A program made the position numbers and the translations under genes. Positions 9,819 through 20,005 of a stretch of DNA of 58,964 nucleotides are shown here, piece after piece. Under the pieces are notes generated by a model. The model had not been told where the DNA came from. It worked only from the letters and a program-made list of their open reading frames with translations, and did not search any database. Each line of letters begins with the position of its first letter. Positions within the stretch are counted from its first letter, which is position 1. Origin of the DNA: Candidatus Methylomirabilales bacterium (GTDB taxonomy: Bacteria; Methylomirabilota; Methylomirabilia; Methylomirabilales; CSP1-5); the NCBI GenBank assembly GCA_046758505.1, contig JBHIAH010000010.1, positions 1 to 58,964 of the forward strand. Reading direction: 5' to 3'.

Positions 9819-10385
9819 CTATACCCGCAGGATACTCTCGGGGTACTGCTCGTCCGGGTCCTCCCCGGGCCGCATGACGTAGACGATGGATTTGTCCACC
9901 AACAGATCCCCCGCCGGACTGAGCGTGATTTGCACCCGGTCCATGGGCCGCGGGGCCGGCCCCTCGAAGTTGAACCCGTCCAGGTAGTAACCACTCCCAT
10001 GGCACGGGCACTTGTATTTGCGATCGGCCGGGATCCAGTTGGGGGTGCACCCCAGGTGGGTGCAGATGGCCAGCATCGCGAAAAAGCTCTCGTCTTCGTA
10101 CCGGACGATCCAGGTGCGGTTGGAGGCCTTGAACCGCGTGTCCACCGTCCCCGGTTGGTACGTATCCGGCCGGCCGGCGTTGAAGCGGGGGCTCGGCTCG
10201 AAGAGGACGCGGGGGAACATGAAGCGCAGAAACGCCACGGTCACGGTGCCGAGGAACGCAAGCACCCCGCCCCACGCGGCCAGGGAGAAGAAATCCCGGC
10301 GGGACCAGGTGGTTGCGTCGCGTACTCCCTCATCCTTCGGCGTTTGGGCCTGGGTGGCGGTGTCTCTCTGGATCACCGTGGGCAT
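9819..10385 (-). CDS. Tat-exported Rieske [2Fe-2S] protein
   Basis: SRRDFF, CTHLGC, CPCHGS, GPAPRP. Confidence 0.93.
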   Translation of the reverse strand: MPTVIQRDTATQAQTPKDEGVRDATTWSRRDFFSLAAWGGVLAFLGTVTVAFLRFMFPRVLFEPSPRFNAGRPDTYQPGTVDTRFKASNRTWIVRYEDESFFAMLAICTHLGCTPNWIPADRKYKCPCHGSGYYLDGFNFEGPAPRPMDRVQITLSPAGDLLVDKSIVYVMRPGEDPDEQYPESILRV

Positions 10386-10524
10386 CGGGCTTCACCTGCC
10401 TTCACTCGTGAGTTCATCGGATACCGTGGCTTGTCCACCGGGTTTTGACTCCGCTGCTTCGGTTCACAGTCCGCGGCGAGGCGGCGCTGGGCCAGTGCAC
10501 ACGAGAACGCTCGGCCTTCGCCGA

Positions 10525-10860
10525 TCAGGCCTCGCTGGCAATCGCCTCGAATACGCCACCGAGGCAGAGCAGTTCGGAGAGCCCCGGTCGCAGGCCATCC
10601 ACGTCGATGACGATCCCGGTCCTGCAGATTTCCTTTAACCCGGTGCCGAGCACCCGGGCGCCGAACTCGCCAATCTCGGTCACGCCCGAGAAGTCCAGAA
10701 CCAGCTTCTCCCCCGACCGGTGCTTGAGGGAGCGGAGGAGCTGCGACGCGGAAGACCCATCGAGCACGCCGCCCAGGCGAAAGACCGGTCGGGCCGCGTC
10801 CTGGGTCGTGACGATGGTGAAGTGCCCCATTCTCAACTTCTCCGGGTATCTTTCTTTCAT
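10525..10860 (-). CDS. STAS-domain protein, copy 2
   Basis: Identical translation to 6067-6402. Confidence 0.75.
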   Translation of the reverse strand: MKERYPEKLRMGHFTIVTTQDAARPVFRLGGVLDGSSASQLLRSLKHRSGEKLVLDFSGVTEIGEFGARVLGTGLKEICRTGIVIDVDGLRPGLSELLCLGGVFEAIASEA

Positions 10861-10956
10861 CGCTGCCTCCCATCGGGCACTGCGGGTCCGTCGGCGCGGT
10901 TGAGGAACACCTCGTGGTTCAAAGACCGGGGATCCGCTCCAGCACGGACCGTCGCC

Positions 10957-11259
10957 TCAGCCGACCACTGAAGCTCGGTAGACGTGGCGGCCATCGCTGC
11001 CAGCCGCCGCGACCGCTTCCATCAGGCCTTGGGGCTCGATCTGCTCCGGATCGTAATGCACCAGGGCCAGGGCACTAAACAGATCGATCTGCACCTGCAT
11101 GACCCCCTGGTGGGAGAGGAGGCTGTTTCGCACGCGCGTGACGCACGTCTGGCAGCCCATCCCGGTCACCCCGAGGACTGCCGTCTCCGCCCGGGCAAGC
11201 GCCTCTGGATCAACGGTCTTCTGTACAGGATCAACGTGGCAATTCCCTTCGTGTTGCAT
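10957..11259 (-). CDS. HMA-domain metal chaperone, copy 2
   Basis: GMGCQTC; identical to 6499-6801. Confidence 0.88.
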   Translation of the reverse strand: MQHEGNCHVDPVQKTVDPEALARAETAVLGVTGMGCQTCVTRVRNSLLSHQGVMQVQIDLFSALALVHYDPEQIEPQGLMEAVAAAGSDGRHVYRASVVG

Positions 11260-11532
11260 CCTCTTCCTCACGCCCTGGATCCTTCTGCTTTGGGTTCACG
11301 ACCCCTCTTGCTCAACACCGCACCGCCGGCGACCCTCCCTCCGCGAGCCGGAACCTTTTGCACACCGCACATGCATGGAGATGAAGGCGGGCGAGGTCAG
11401 GAGAGGGAGGATGGTGTGCCAAGGGATATCTTCATCACGCGTAGACCCCCCAGACGATCACAGTTTGGAAAATGCGGGAGGAGAGGATCCCGGCTGGTTC
11501 GCCTGGTAGACTCCCTCTCGCCTCACCGGTTT

Positions 11533-12084
11533 TTATGTTTTCATCCCAGGGCAATGTCCTTTGTCGCGCAGCTGCTTGAGGGCCATCCACTGCTCCGCCG
11601 TCAGGACTGATTTCCCCTGCTCGACAACCCGAATCCGTTCCAGGGCGAGGTCGCTCCGCAGCGCTGCGATGCTTTTCAACGTCGCTTCGGCCTTGGCAAG
11701 ATCCACCTTGTCCGTGCCAACGATCTTCGCGAGTTCACCATACCGCTCCCGCAGGGTCTGGAATCCCTCCTCAGCCATTTTCTGGAACCCGGCCCGAAGA
11801 TTCTCGAGCTTCGCCACCTGCTCGGGGGTCAGCTTCAGCTCAGCCTTTCGCTCCAGCATGCGGGTGATGGGGCGGTGCAAGAGCCCCATGTGCTCGCGCA
11901 TCTCGTGTCCAGGCCCGGGCGAATACCCCATCGTGCCGGGACCCGTCCTGCCATCCATCATCCCCATCATGGACATGGACGACTGTTCGCCGCTACCCTG
12001 GTTCCGAGCCAGGGCAGACCCTGCGATGCCCAACACGGTGATGCTTGCGATGAGCACCCCCCCCACCATCAACCGACCTTTCAT
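11533..12084 (-). CDS. Spy/CpxP/ZraP-like periplasmic metal-binding chaperone
   Basis: Signal peptide, Met/His-rich N-terminus, LKLTPEQ and VLTAEQ LTxxQ motifs. Confidence 0.85.
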   Translation of the reverse strand: MKGRLMVGGVLIASITVLGIAGSALARNQGSGEQSSMSMMGMMDGRTGPGTMGYSPGPGHEMREHMGLLHRPITRMLERKAELKLTPEQVAKLENLRAGFQKMAEEGFQTLRERYGELAKIVGTDKVDLAKAEATLKSIAALRSDLALERIRVVEQGKSVLTAEQWMALKQLRDKGHCPGMKT

Positions 12085-12270
12085 GATGTATCTCCTCCCC
12101 TGATGCTGGCGAGTCATCCTTCTTAGCCCCCCGGGGAGACTCGCAGCGAGCAGATTCCCCGCGGGGCAACTTCGCTAGCCTGGGACGCGTTTCTCACGGC
12201 GTGAACCAGGGCACGGGACCCAATCTGTCTCCCTTCGTGACTCCAGCGTGCTGACGCACCAGGTGCCCGT

Positions 12271-12756
12271 TCAGCCCTTGATGGCCCAGACCTCCTGTTC
12301 GTCAAGGTGCTTCAGCAGGGTGCGGAACGCCCGGACCATCAGCACCGGCCGCGTGGTGCACTGGAGGACCTTTTCAGCCACGCTGCCCCGGTCAAAGTGG
12401 TTGAAGCCGGTGGCGCCGTGGCTCATCATGGCGATGAGGTCCACGTTTTCGTGCTCGGCCGCCGTGAGGATCTCCACCGCCGGCTCGCCCACCAGCACTT
12501 CCACCCTTGTCGTTACGCCGGCGTCCTTCAGGCGCTTGGCTACCCCCTCGAGGTACTTGGCCGCCTGCGCCTGATCGCTCTCCAGCCACTTTCGACCCTC
12601 CGTAGCGGCCTCCGCAGCAATCTCGCCGTGCCTGGGATCAGTGGTACGCAGCAGGACCACCTCGGCCCCGGTGGACTTGGCGATCGTTTCCACGTGGGGC
12701 AGGATCCGCTCGGCCAGCTGCGAGCCGTCAAGTGGGACTAAGATACGCCTGTACAT
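12271..12756 (-). CDS. Universal stress protein
   Basis: MYRRILVPLDGS, DLIAMMSHG, GSVAEKVL, PVLMVR. Confidence 0.92.
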   Translation of the reverse strand: MYRRILVPLDGSQLAERILPHVETIAKSTGAEVVLLRTTDPRHGEIAAEAATEGRKWLESDQAQAAKYLEGVAKRLKDAGVTTRVEVLVGEPAVEILTAAEHENVDLIAMMSHGATGFNHFDRGSVAEKVLQCTTRPVLMVRAFRTLLKHLDEQEVWAIKG

Positions 12757-12946
12757 AACCCTCCCTCCTTCCGCGGGTCCGTCCTTCCGGTCAAACCCGG
12801 GTTGACACCTTTTCGCGTGGACGGACGTGAACCTTTCATTCGTCTCTCTTGCCACGCAAGGATCATTGATCACCCATCGGAATGCCGTACCACCCCCCTT
12901 CCTCTGGCCCACCTCATCGCTCTCAATGGATCACCCACCTGGAGTC

Positions 12947-13414
12947 TCAGGCTCTCTTGCTCACCACGATCTGGTCTCGCCGCGCCTTGACGGCGTATTG
13001 CTCGAGCGGCCGGGGGGGTGGACCGGCGATGTTGATGCCGTTGAGGTCGTAGTGCCCGTTATGACACGCGCACCAGATGTGGCTCAGGTCGGGCCGGTAC
13101 TGCACTGTGCAGCCGAGGTGCGTGCAGACCGCAGAGAAAGCCCGAAGTTCCCCCGCCGGCGTCCGGATCAGGATCCCCGGGCGGTTGCCGAACCTGAAGA
13201 TCTGCCCCGAATTCTGCTTCACGTCAGCCGGCTTAATCGGCAGTCTTACCGTCCCCGCCGTGGATTCGCCGGCCGGCGGTGGGATCAGGTACCGACCCAC
13301 GGGATAGAGCACCGCAAGCAGGAACGCCCCCACAGTTGTATTGAGGAACCAGTTGATGAATTTCCTGCGGGACGGTTCGCGGTTGCGTCTATTGTCAATA
13401 ACAGTCTGGCTCAT
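12947..13414 (-). CDS. Tat-exported Rieske [2Fe-2S] protein
   Basis: SRRKF, CTHLGC, CACHNG, GPPPRPL. Confidence 0.92.
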   Translation of the reverse strand: MSQTVIDNRRNREPSRRKFINWFLNTTVGAFLLAVLYPVGRYLIPPPAGESTAGTVRLPIKPADVKQNSGQIFRFGNRPGILIRTPAGELRAFSAVCTHLGCTVQYRPDLSHIWCACHNGHYDLNGINIAGPPPRPLEQYAVKARRDQIVVSKRA

Positions 13415-13434
13415 GGCCTTACCCTTCTTTTTTT

Positions 13435-13677
13435 TCAAGACATTGACTCTTCTTCGACCTTTGGTTGGTGATGGCCACCGTGCATCCCGAAAAGATGCAT
13501 CAGAGGGCACGCCAGGAGGACGAGAAAGAGCAGAGCCGTTCCCCAGCTGACCCCCAACAGGGGCAACAGAAGGACAGCCGCCAAGGGCAGGCCGCAGCCG
13601 ATGATCATGAGCCAGGCGCGGTTGCCTGGGACTGAGCGCAGTCGATCTCCGTGGGTTTCAGTGGCACGATGCTCCAT
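13435..13677 (-). CDS. DUF2933-like small membrane protein
   Basis: Two TM segments, LACPLMHLFGMHGGHH. Confidence 0.8.
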   Translation of the reverse strand: MEHRATETHGDRLRSVPGNRAWLMIIGCGLPLAAVLLLPLLGVSWGTALLFLVLLACPLMHLFGMHGGHHQPKVEEESMS

Positions 13678-13834
13678 GGCCCTCTTCCGTTTTTCCGACG
13701 TACTTCTCCGGATTTTTGTCAAAGGTCGCCTTGCAGCCTTTGGCGCAGAAGTAGTACGTGAGTCCCTGGTAGTCTGACGTGGCGGCCGCCTTCGCCTCCT
13801 CAACCTCCATGCCACACACCGGATCCTTTGTCAT
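13658..13834 (-). CDS. YHS-domain protein (58 aa; below the ORF-track cutoff)
   Basis: MTKDPVCGMEV...YYFCAKGCKATFDKNPEKY; AGGAGG RBS. Confidence 0.92.
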   Translation of the reverse strand: MTKDPVCGMEVEEAKAAATSDYQGLTYYFCAKGCKATFDKNPEKYVGKTEEGHGASCH

Positions 13835-14040
13835 GGCTCTTCCTCCTTTCAGATTTGAAGTGGGTTTTCGCGGTACTTACTCAGATCGACATCTCGCATC
13901 GATGACTGAATTCGTGGTTGTCGATCTGGGGCCGTTTTCGATCGTGCCCGGGACCTCAGCAGTGCCCCTCGCGACAGTGGGCCACCCGCGGCATCATGAA
14001 GCGTGGCATCTCCTTCACCTCCCTCCTTGGCTCTATCGCC

Positions 14041-14370
14041 TTAGCGAACGGTGATCTCTCCCGTGACCTCTCGCGTCCCGCCCTGTGTTGCGAGCGTCAG
14101 CGCATATCGATACTTGCCCGGGCGATCGAAAAAGACATGAACCTCCCGTTGCGCGAAGTCCTTCGAGACCCCGGCCCCTTGGACATCGGGAAAGACAATC
14201 CGCACTGCCTTGCCGGTCACATCGATCCAGGAGACTATCTCTCCCGCTGAGACGGTCAGGGCGCGGTCGCTGAGCCCGTCCTTGGTGAGCATGATCCCCG
14301 CAGCCTTGGCGGGAGCGGCCATGAGGACCGCCACGACGAAAACGATGGCTGGAATAATCCACCTCTTCAT
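14041..14370 (-). CDS. Secreted cupredoxin-fold-like protein lacking copper ligands
   Basis: Signal peptide; LTVSAGEIVSW and FDRPGKYRY...GEITV; no Cys. Confidence 0.6.
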   Translation of the reverse strand: MKRWIIPAIVFVVAVLMAAPAKAAGIMLTKDGLSDRALTVSAGEIVSWIDVTGKAVRIVFPDVQGAGVSKDFAQREVHVFFDRPGKYRYALTLATQGGTREVTGEITVR

Positions 14371-14431
14371 TGCCTTTCTCCTTCCTTTCAGAACTGCTCC
14401 CCCTGTTTCCTCCACATTACACTGGCCACTT

Positions 14432-14689
14432 CTACACCCAGCGTGCCCGAAAGTAGTTGTAGCTCGGCACGAAGATCAGGGCCGTGTACAGGGCGTAGAG
14501 GATGACCTCTACCAGGCCCAGGAAATATGACCCCCACGTGATCCCCTGAAACCCAGGGAGCAAGACCTTCCACATCGCGACCATGGTGAGCGACGGAACG
14601 GCCAGATCCCACAGGATACATAGGGTGAAGGTCACAACCCCGAACAAGCTCAGGGCCGAGGCCACCACCTTGACGTTCAACGGTCTCAT
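14432..14689 (-). CDS. DUF5676-like small membrane protein
   Basis: LCILWDL...LLPGF...FLGLVE...PSYNYF. Confidence 0.75.
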   Translation of the reverse strand: MRPLNVKVVASALSLFGVVTFTLCILWDLAVPSLTMVAMWKVLLPGFQGITWGSYFLGLVEVILYALYTALIFVPSYNYFRARWV

Positions 14690-14714
14690 CGTAACTCCCT
14701 CCGTTTCTTGGGGA

Positions 14715-15047
14715 TCAGTGTCGTTTCACCGTGGCCACGAGCCGGTCTACGGCCACGATAATTACTTTTTCCCCTTTCTCGATGCGCTCACCGCTTTGGG
14801 CAGACCAGAGCTCGTTGTGGTGCCGGATGACGCCTCGGGGATTGAGATCCTGAATCACTTGCGCCTCCTTGCCGATCATCCCCTCTGGGCCCGTCTGGAC
14901 CGGCAGGTGCATGGTTCGCCCAATGACGAAGTACAGGAAGGCGGACAGGACCAGCACAATGCCGTATAGGGGAAGGGCTACTTCGAGCGGGAAGACCGCG
15001 AAGAGCCCGAGGCCGATAACAGGTAGCAGGAGTATGAGGTGACACAT
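14715..15047 (-). CDS. NfeD-like C-terminal domain membrane protein
   Basis: MCH N-terminus, TM pair, TGPEGMIG...ELWSA OB-fold pattern. Confidence 0.8.
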   Translation of the reverse strand: MCHLILLLPVIGLGLFAVFPLEVALPLYGIVLVLSAFLYFVIGRTMHLPVQTGPEGMIGKEAQVIQDLNPRGVIRHHNELWSAQSGERIEKGEKVIIVAVDRLVATVKRH

Positions 15048-15070
15048 CTCTTTTCCCTCTTCCCTCAACC

Positions 15071-15256
15071 TCAGTGGCAGGAACCCTTGGTCGGCATCGG
15101 CTTCTGCTCCCCTTTGTGCTCCGGCGTTTCTCCGTGGCCGCCGTGGGAATGACCACCGCCGCCACAGCACCCCATCCCGCCGTGCCCTCGGAACATGAAC
15201 CAGACAAGCCCGATTCCCAGTAGAATCCACACCCAGTTACTCGCTACCCATTCCAT
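15071..15256 (-). CDS. DUF2933-like His/Cys-rich small membrane protein
   Basis: One TM, GMGCCGGGGHSHGGH, C-terminal SCH. Confidence 0.8.
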   Translation of the reverse strand: MEWVASNWVWILLGIGLVWFMFRGHGGMGCCGGGGHSHGGHGETPEHKGEQKPMPTKGSCH

Positions 15257-15292
15257 GATCTCTCTCCTTTCGTTGCGTGCAACCCCCCGACC

Positions 15293-15676
15293 TCACCGGG
15301 TCGAGATGTCTTGTGCCGCCTGCTCAACCTTCTCCTGACATGAAAGACAGAAGGCCGCATCGGGGACGGCCTCCAGGCGCCTCCGAGGGATCTGCGCTCG
15401 GCACATCTGGCAGATACCGTAGCTCCCTCGCCGAAGGGTCTCCCAGGCTCGATCCAGGCCCCTGGCCCGGGATACCAACAGCTCATACGCCCTCACCTCC
15501 TGCTGTTTCAGGACCCTCAGTTGTGCCGTGTCGAGGATGTCGCCGAAACCATCGCTCGGCGATTCCTGGACCCCAGAAACCCCATTCATAGTGCGGTGAG
15601 CGATTCGTTTCAATCGTGCCTGGACGGCCTGTCGTTCCTCCGCTATCTGTTGAGTCAAGGTTTCCTGTCTGCCCAT
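15293..15676 (-). CDS. TraR/DksA C4 zinc-finger protein
   Basis: YGICQMC...RRLEAVP...CLSCQ. Confidence 0.85.
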   Translation of the reverse strand: MGRQETLTQQIAEERQAVQARLKRIAHRTMNGVSGVQESPSDGFGDILDTAQLRVLKQQEVRAYELLVSRARGLDRAWETLRRGSYGICQMCRAQIPRRRLEAVPDAAFCLSCQEKVEQAAQDISTR

Positions 15677-15687
15677 TTCGCGCCCCC

Positions 15688-15897
15688 TCACGTCTGCAAC
15701 CCGTTCGCTCCTTCCGCCCGGCACAAGGCCAGAGGCAGCGGAAGCACGACTACCACGGTGGTTAGGAACACCATCCCTGCTGGCCAGAGTCCCGACAGCG
15801 AGCCTACGAGCAATACCGTCACCGGCAGGGTGAAGAGCCACAGCGCCAATGTGAGACAGGCGAGCGTATCCCAAAAGCTCTGTGTCCTCTCCTTCAT
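15688..15897 (-). CDS. Small two-TM membrane protein
   Basis: GGAG RBS, hydrophobic ORF filling the operon gap. Confidence 0.5.
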   Translation of the reverse strand: MKERTQSFWDTLACLTLALWLFTLPVTVLLVGSLSGLWPAGMVFLTTVVVVLPLPLALCRAEGANGLQT

Positions 15898-15923
15898 CTG
15901 CAATCTCCTACGATCCCTGTTCA

Positions 15924-16424
15924 TCACTCAAAGGCCGGGCAGTCTGTATCCTCCCGTCCTTCCAGTCCTGATACCTGCGCAGAGAGGTCGGGTGGATTGG
16001 ATGAAGCCGACCGGATGCCGGTATCTTCGACCTTTAATCTTCGCAGCGGCTCAGGCATCCACTCGTCTCCCCCAGCTATGAGGACCAAGGTACCGGGATA
16101 ACGCTGGCGAATAGCCCGGATAACCTTCACATCCTCCTGCTCATCCGGCTCCTCTCTTGGCCTGGGGTCGTACACGATCACGTCCGCCTGTCGGCAAGAG
16201 GGGCAGGGGAGCCCTGCGAGAAGCAGACACCTGAGGCGCCCATCTTTTCGGTCCCCGATGCCGGGACAGTCGAGCACCGCGTGTTGTCGGTATGTGAGCC
16301 ATGTCCCGTAGAGCCGACGCATCTCTCTGTCTCGCTCTACCAGTACCACTGTGGCCATCCTCATGCCGCCCTCACTTCCTCGCCAAGCTGGCACCGACTC
16401 TCGATCTGGCGTTCTCATCTTCAT
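15924..16424 (-). CDS. Atypical receiver-like protein with Cys-rich insertion
   Basis: VVLVERD...ADVIVYD receiver pattern with DCPG...C...CPSC. Confidence 0.6.
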   Translation of the reverse strand: MKMRTPDRESVPAWRGSEGGMRMATVVLVERDREMRRLYGTWLTYRQHAVLDCPGIGDRKDGRLRCLLLAGLPCPSCRQADVIVYDPRPREEPDEQEDVKVIRAIRQRYPGTLVLIAGGDEWMPEPLRRLKVEDTGIRSASSNPPDLSAQVSGLEGREDTDCPAFE

Positions 16425-17227
16425 GCTGGCCGCCTCCCTGCGCGTCTTCTCCTCCGCTCACTTAAGAGGGACCACGCATTGAACCGAGAGGCTGGCAAGT
16501 GTTCGCGAAAGAATGCATAGGCATGCAAGGGAAACGAATCATGCTGCCTTTCGGTGAACTGGATGCCGTAGCGGTAACTCATGCTCGCACGGTTTTTCGC
16601 AAACCACTGTACGTACCCTCTCAAAGCCAACGAGTGCCCCGCGACGGTGAGGCCAATCGTGATCGGTTCCCACTCATGGAGGCGGTGGTGGAGGTGCGCG
16701 CCGAGACCACCGGCGCTGAGATCCCGGAGCATCCCTGGTGTTTCTCCAGAGGAGCCGGTGCGAATGCGCATGGGGACGGTGAAACTAAGCCGGGCGTCTT
16801 CCCGTACACCGACATACCGGGCCTCCGGAGGTGGGCCGACCGGGAAACGGGGTTTCGCGAGCAACCCCCGGACCGTACCGAGGAATTCCTCATGATTGAA
16901 GGGTTGGTGAAACAGCCGATCCGCGCCGAGGCGGAGGAGGGTGTGGCGGAGCCCGACATCGTCCAGTCGGCTACTGACCACCACCACTGGAATGTCCCGA
17001 ATCTTCGCGTGCCGGTACCGGTACTCGAGGAAACTCCGGCCATCCATAACGGGCATCTCGACGTCGAGGACGATCACGTCTGCAGTCTCCCCCAGAAGGC
17101 AGATCAGCCCCTCAGCCCCATTGCTGGCCTCGGCCACGGAAAATCCCTCTGCGTCCAGGAGATCTCGATACTGTTCTCGAAGCAGGCGATTATCCTCAAT
17201 GATCATCACGGTGTAGTTGGGTTGCAT
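16421..17227 (-). CDS. Response regulator receiver + PilZ-domain protein
   Basis: IIEDN, VLDVEMPVMDG; REDAR and DLSAGG PilZ motifs. Confidence 0.85.
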   Translation of the reverse strand: MQPNYTVMIIEDNRLLREQYRDLLDAEGFSVAEASNGAEGLICLLGETADVIVLDVEMPVMDGRSFLEYRYRHAKIRDIPVVVVSSRLDDVGLRHTLLRLGADRLFHQPFNHEEFLGTVRGLLAKPRFPVGPPPEARYVGVREDARLSFTVPMRIRTGSSGETPGMLRDLSAGGLGAHLHHRLHEWEPITIGLTVAGHSLALRGYVQWFAKNRASMSYRYGIQFTERQHDSFPLHAYAFFREHLPASRFNAWSLLSERRRRRAGRRPA

Positions 17228-17358
17228 CCTCACAAGCCTCTCTATTTCTGTCTCGGCGACATCTCTTCGGTGTTCAACCCCATTCCCGTACCTTTCTCCC
17301 TTCCTCACTATCTTGGCGCCTTTGGCTGCGCGGGGTTGCCCACGTCACGGACGACCTC

Positions 17359-19815
17359 TCACCGGTCGCTGGGTCGGATGTCTACCCGGCGGAGCCGGTT
17401 GGCATTGGTCACCACCGTGGTGGACGAGGTGGCCATGGCGATCTCCGCGAGCACCGGGTGCATCCACCCGATGATGGCCAGCGGGATCATCACCACGTTG
17501 TAAAAGAACGCCCAGAACAGGTTCTGCTTGATCTTGCGGAAGGTCGCGCGGCTCAGCTTGATCGCGCTCACGACACCCGAGAGTTGGCCGCTCACCAGGG
17601 TGACGTCCGAGGCCTCGATGGCGATGTCCGTTCCGGTCCCGATAGCGATGCCCACGTTGGCCTGGGTCAGGGCCGGGGCATCGTTGATGCCATCACCCAC
17701 CATGGACACCAGCCCGAAACGGTCCTGCAGCTTCTGGATTTCGGTGACCTTTCCGTCCGGCAATACCTCGGCCAGGACCTGGTCAATCCCGACCCGCCGG
17801 GCGATCGCGTCGGCCGTGCGCTGATTATCACCGGTGATCATCGCCGTCTGGACCCCCATCTCGTGCAATTCGCGGATGGCTGCCACCGAATCCTCCTTCA
17901 ACGTATCGGCGACAGCGACGACTCCGGCCAGGGTGCCGTTGGCAGCTACCAGCATGGCGGTCTTGGCTTCATTCTCCAGACGCACGAGCTCCTTTTCTAA
18001 TGGAGCTGGGTCGAGACCGCGCTCTCTCATCAGCCTGCGGGAGCCAACGAGCACGCGGTCGCCATTGATGGCAGCCACGACCCCCTTCCCTCGCACGGCC
18101 TGGAAGTTCTCCGGGATCGCGAGACTCACTTTCGCATTCTCGGCGCGCTCCACAATGGCCCGCCCGAGTGGATGTTCGCTTCCCCGTTCGGCCGAGCCCG
18201 CCAGGTGGAGTATGCGTTCCTCGGCAAAGCCGTTTACCGCCAGAATGTCCGTGACTTCCGGCTTGCCCTTTGTGATTGTCCCTGTCTTGTCAAAGACGAT
18301 CACATTGATGTCTTTCAGGGTCTGGATCCCTTCGCCCGACCGGATGAGAATGCCGTTCTCCGCGCCCATGCCGCTCCCTACCATGAGCGCTGTCGGCGTT
18401 GCCAGACCCAGGGCGCAGGGGCAGGCAATGACCAGCACGGCCACGGTGGACACGATTGCCAGGGTCAGCACTCCAAGGTTGGGGCTGACCCAGGGCAGAA
18501 AGGCGCCGAGTTGTACCAGTGGGTCCATTACGCCCGGGAAGAAGAGCCAGGCGAGGAGGGTCAACACCGCGATCCCGATAACCACTGGCACGAAGACAGC
18601 CGTCACCCGATCGGCGAACGCCTGGATAGGGACCTTGGAGCCCTGGCATTCTTCCACCATCTTGACGACCTGAGCAAGGAAGGTGTCTTTGCCCACCTTG
18701 GTAGCCTCGACCTGCAATAGCCCCTCTTGATTGACGGTGGCCCCGATGACTTCCTCGCCTGGTCCCTTGTTGACGGGCATGGACTCGCCCGTGGCCATGG
18801 ACTCGTCCACCGCACTTTCTCCTTCCAGAATTACGCCGTCGGTGGGGATCTTTTCCCCGGGGCGGACGATCATCACATCACCGACCGCCACCTTCTCGAT
18901 CGGAACCTCGACTTCTCGACCGTCGATGAGGACCCGCGCCGTTTTTGCGCCCAGCTGCAGCAGCTTGCGGATCGCCTGGGAGGCCCGCCCTTTGGCCGTC
19001 TCTTCCACATAGCGTCCGGTCAGGTGGAAGGCCATGATCATGGCCGCCACACCCGCGTAGTTCGCTACGGGGAAGAAGAAGGTGGGCGGTCCGGTCAGGA
19101 AGGAAACGCCGGTGCCCAGCGCGATGAGGGTGTCCATGTTGGCGTAACCGTGCCGCACCGCGGCCCAGGCGCCGCTGTACGTCGTGCGACCCACCCAGAA
19201 GAGGACGGGAACTGCCAGGACGATCAATCCGAGATCGTACGTCGTCTGGTTGGGCCAGACGATACCAAAGAACATCTCGGCGAACATCCACAGGATGATC
19301 GGCGTGGTGAAGCCCCACGCCACCTGCATGCGGAAGCGAGCAGCCTGCATCTTCCGCTGTTCGTGGTCGCCCGCTTCCTCGGCCGCCGCGGCCGCCTCAG
19401 GCACCTCGAGCACTTCGTATCCGGCGTCAGCGACCGCCTGTTTGAAATGGGCCAGGGTGGCGGTTGCTGGAATGCGAGTAACGGTCGCCTTCTCGGTGGC
19501 CAGGTTTACGTTCGCGGCGATCACCCCGTCCACGCCCAGGAGGGCTCGCTCGACGTGGGAGACGCAACTGGCGCAGGTCATGCCCGAAATGGGTAGGGAG
19601 ACCTGTTCCAGCGAGACCTCGTATCCCGCATCGCGCACCGCTTTCACGAGGGTCATTGGATCTGCGCCGTTTGGCTCGTACTTCACCGTGGCCCGCTCGG
19701 TCGCAAAATTGACACCCGTCTCCTGCACCCCGGGGAGTCCCCGGAGCGTTTCCTCGATATGCGCCGCGCACGACGCGCAGGTCATCCCTTCAATTGGCAG
19801 CTCGATCAGCTTCAT
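17359..19815 (-). CDS. copA: Cu(I)-translocating P1B-type ATPase
   Basis: Two GMTCASC HMA domains, [32 protein letters not shown] and MATSS. Confidence 0.95.
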   Translation of the reverse strand: MKLIELPIEGMTCASCAAHIEETLRGLPGVQETGVNFATERATVKYEPNGADPMTLVKAVRDAGYEVSLEQVSLPISGMTCASCVSHVERALLGVDGVIAANVNLATEKATVTRIPATATLAHFKQAVADAGYEVLEVPEAAAAAEEAGDHEQRKMQAARFRMQVAWGFTTPIILWMFAEMFFGIVWPNQTTYDLGLIVLAVPVLFWVGRTTYSGAWAAVRHGYANMDTLIALGTGVSFLTGPPTFFFPVANYAGVAAMIMAFHLTGRYVEETAKGRASQAIRKLLQLGAKTARVLIDGREVEVPIEKVAVGDVMIVRPGEKIPTDGVILEGESAVDESMATGESMPVNKGPGEEVIGATVNQEGLLQVEATKVGKDTFLAQVVKMVEECQGSKVPIQAFADRVTAVFVPVVIGIAVLTLLAWLFFPGVMDPLVQLGAFLPWVSPNLGVLTLAIVSTVAVLVIACPCALGLATPTALMVGSGMGAENGILIRSGEGIQTLKDINVIVFDKTGTITKGKPEVTDILAVNGFAEERILHLAGSAERGSEHPLGRAIVERAENAKVSLAIPENFQAVRGKGVVAAINGDRVLVGSRRLMRERGLDPAPLEKELVRLENEAKTAMLVAANGTLAGVVAVADTLKEDSVAAIRELHEMGVQTAMITGDNQRTADAIARRVGIDQVLAEVLPDGKVTEIQKLQDRFGLVSMVGDGINDAPALTQANVGIAIGTGTDIAIEASDVTLVSGQLSGVVSAIKLSRATFRKIKQNLFWAFFYNVVMIPLAIIGWMHPVLAEIAMATSSTTVVTNANRLRRVDIRPSDR

Positions 19816-20005
19816 CGTCTCCCTCCGTTGCGTGTCTCATCCAGTCGACGTGACCGGGATCTCCTGCTCGGGCCTTTCGGATCCGCCTCGTGGCTGCACG
19901 GAATACAAAGCCAGCCGCGCAGCCTGGGGTCCTTATACATGGAGCGGAGGAGCGGGAGGCGGCAGCAGCTCCCGCTCCTCCGCGGGTATCATCAACCGGG
20001 CATCC

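Larger units (their letters stand above)
10514..11260. repeat. 747-bp direct repeat, copy 2
   Basis: Matches 6056-6802. Confidence 0.95.

Noticed and set aside
13658..15073. SCH-TGA endings of the YHS and DUF2933-like genes as Sec codons
   Set aside because: Consistent with ordinary C-termini; downstream frames overlap the next genes and show no homology
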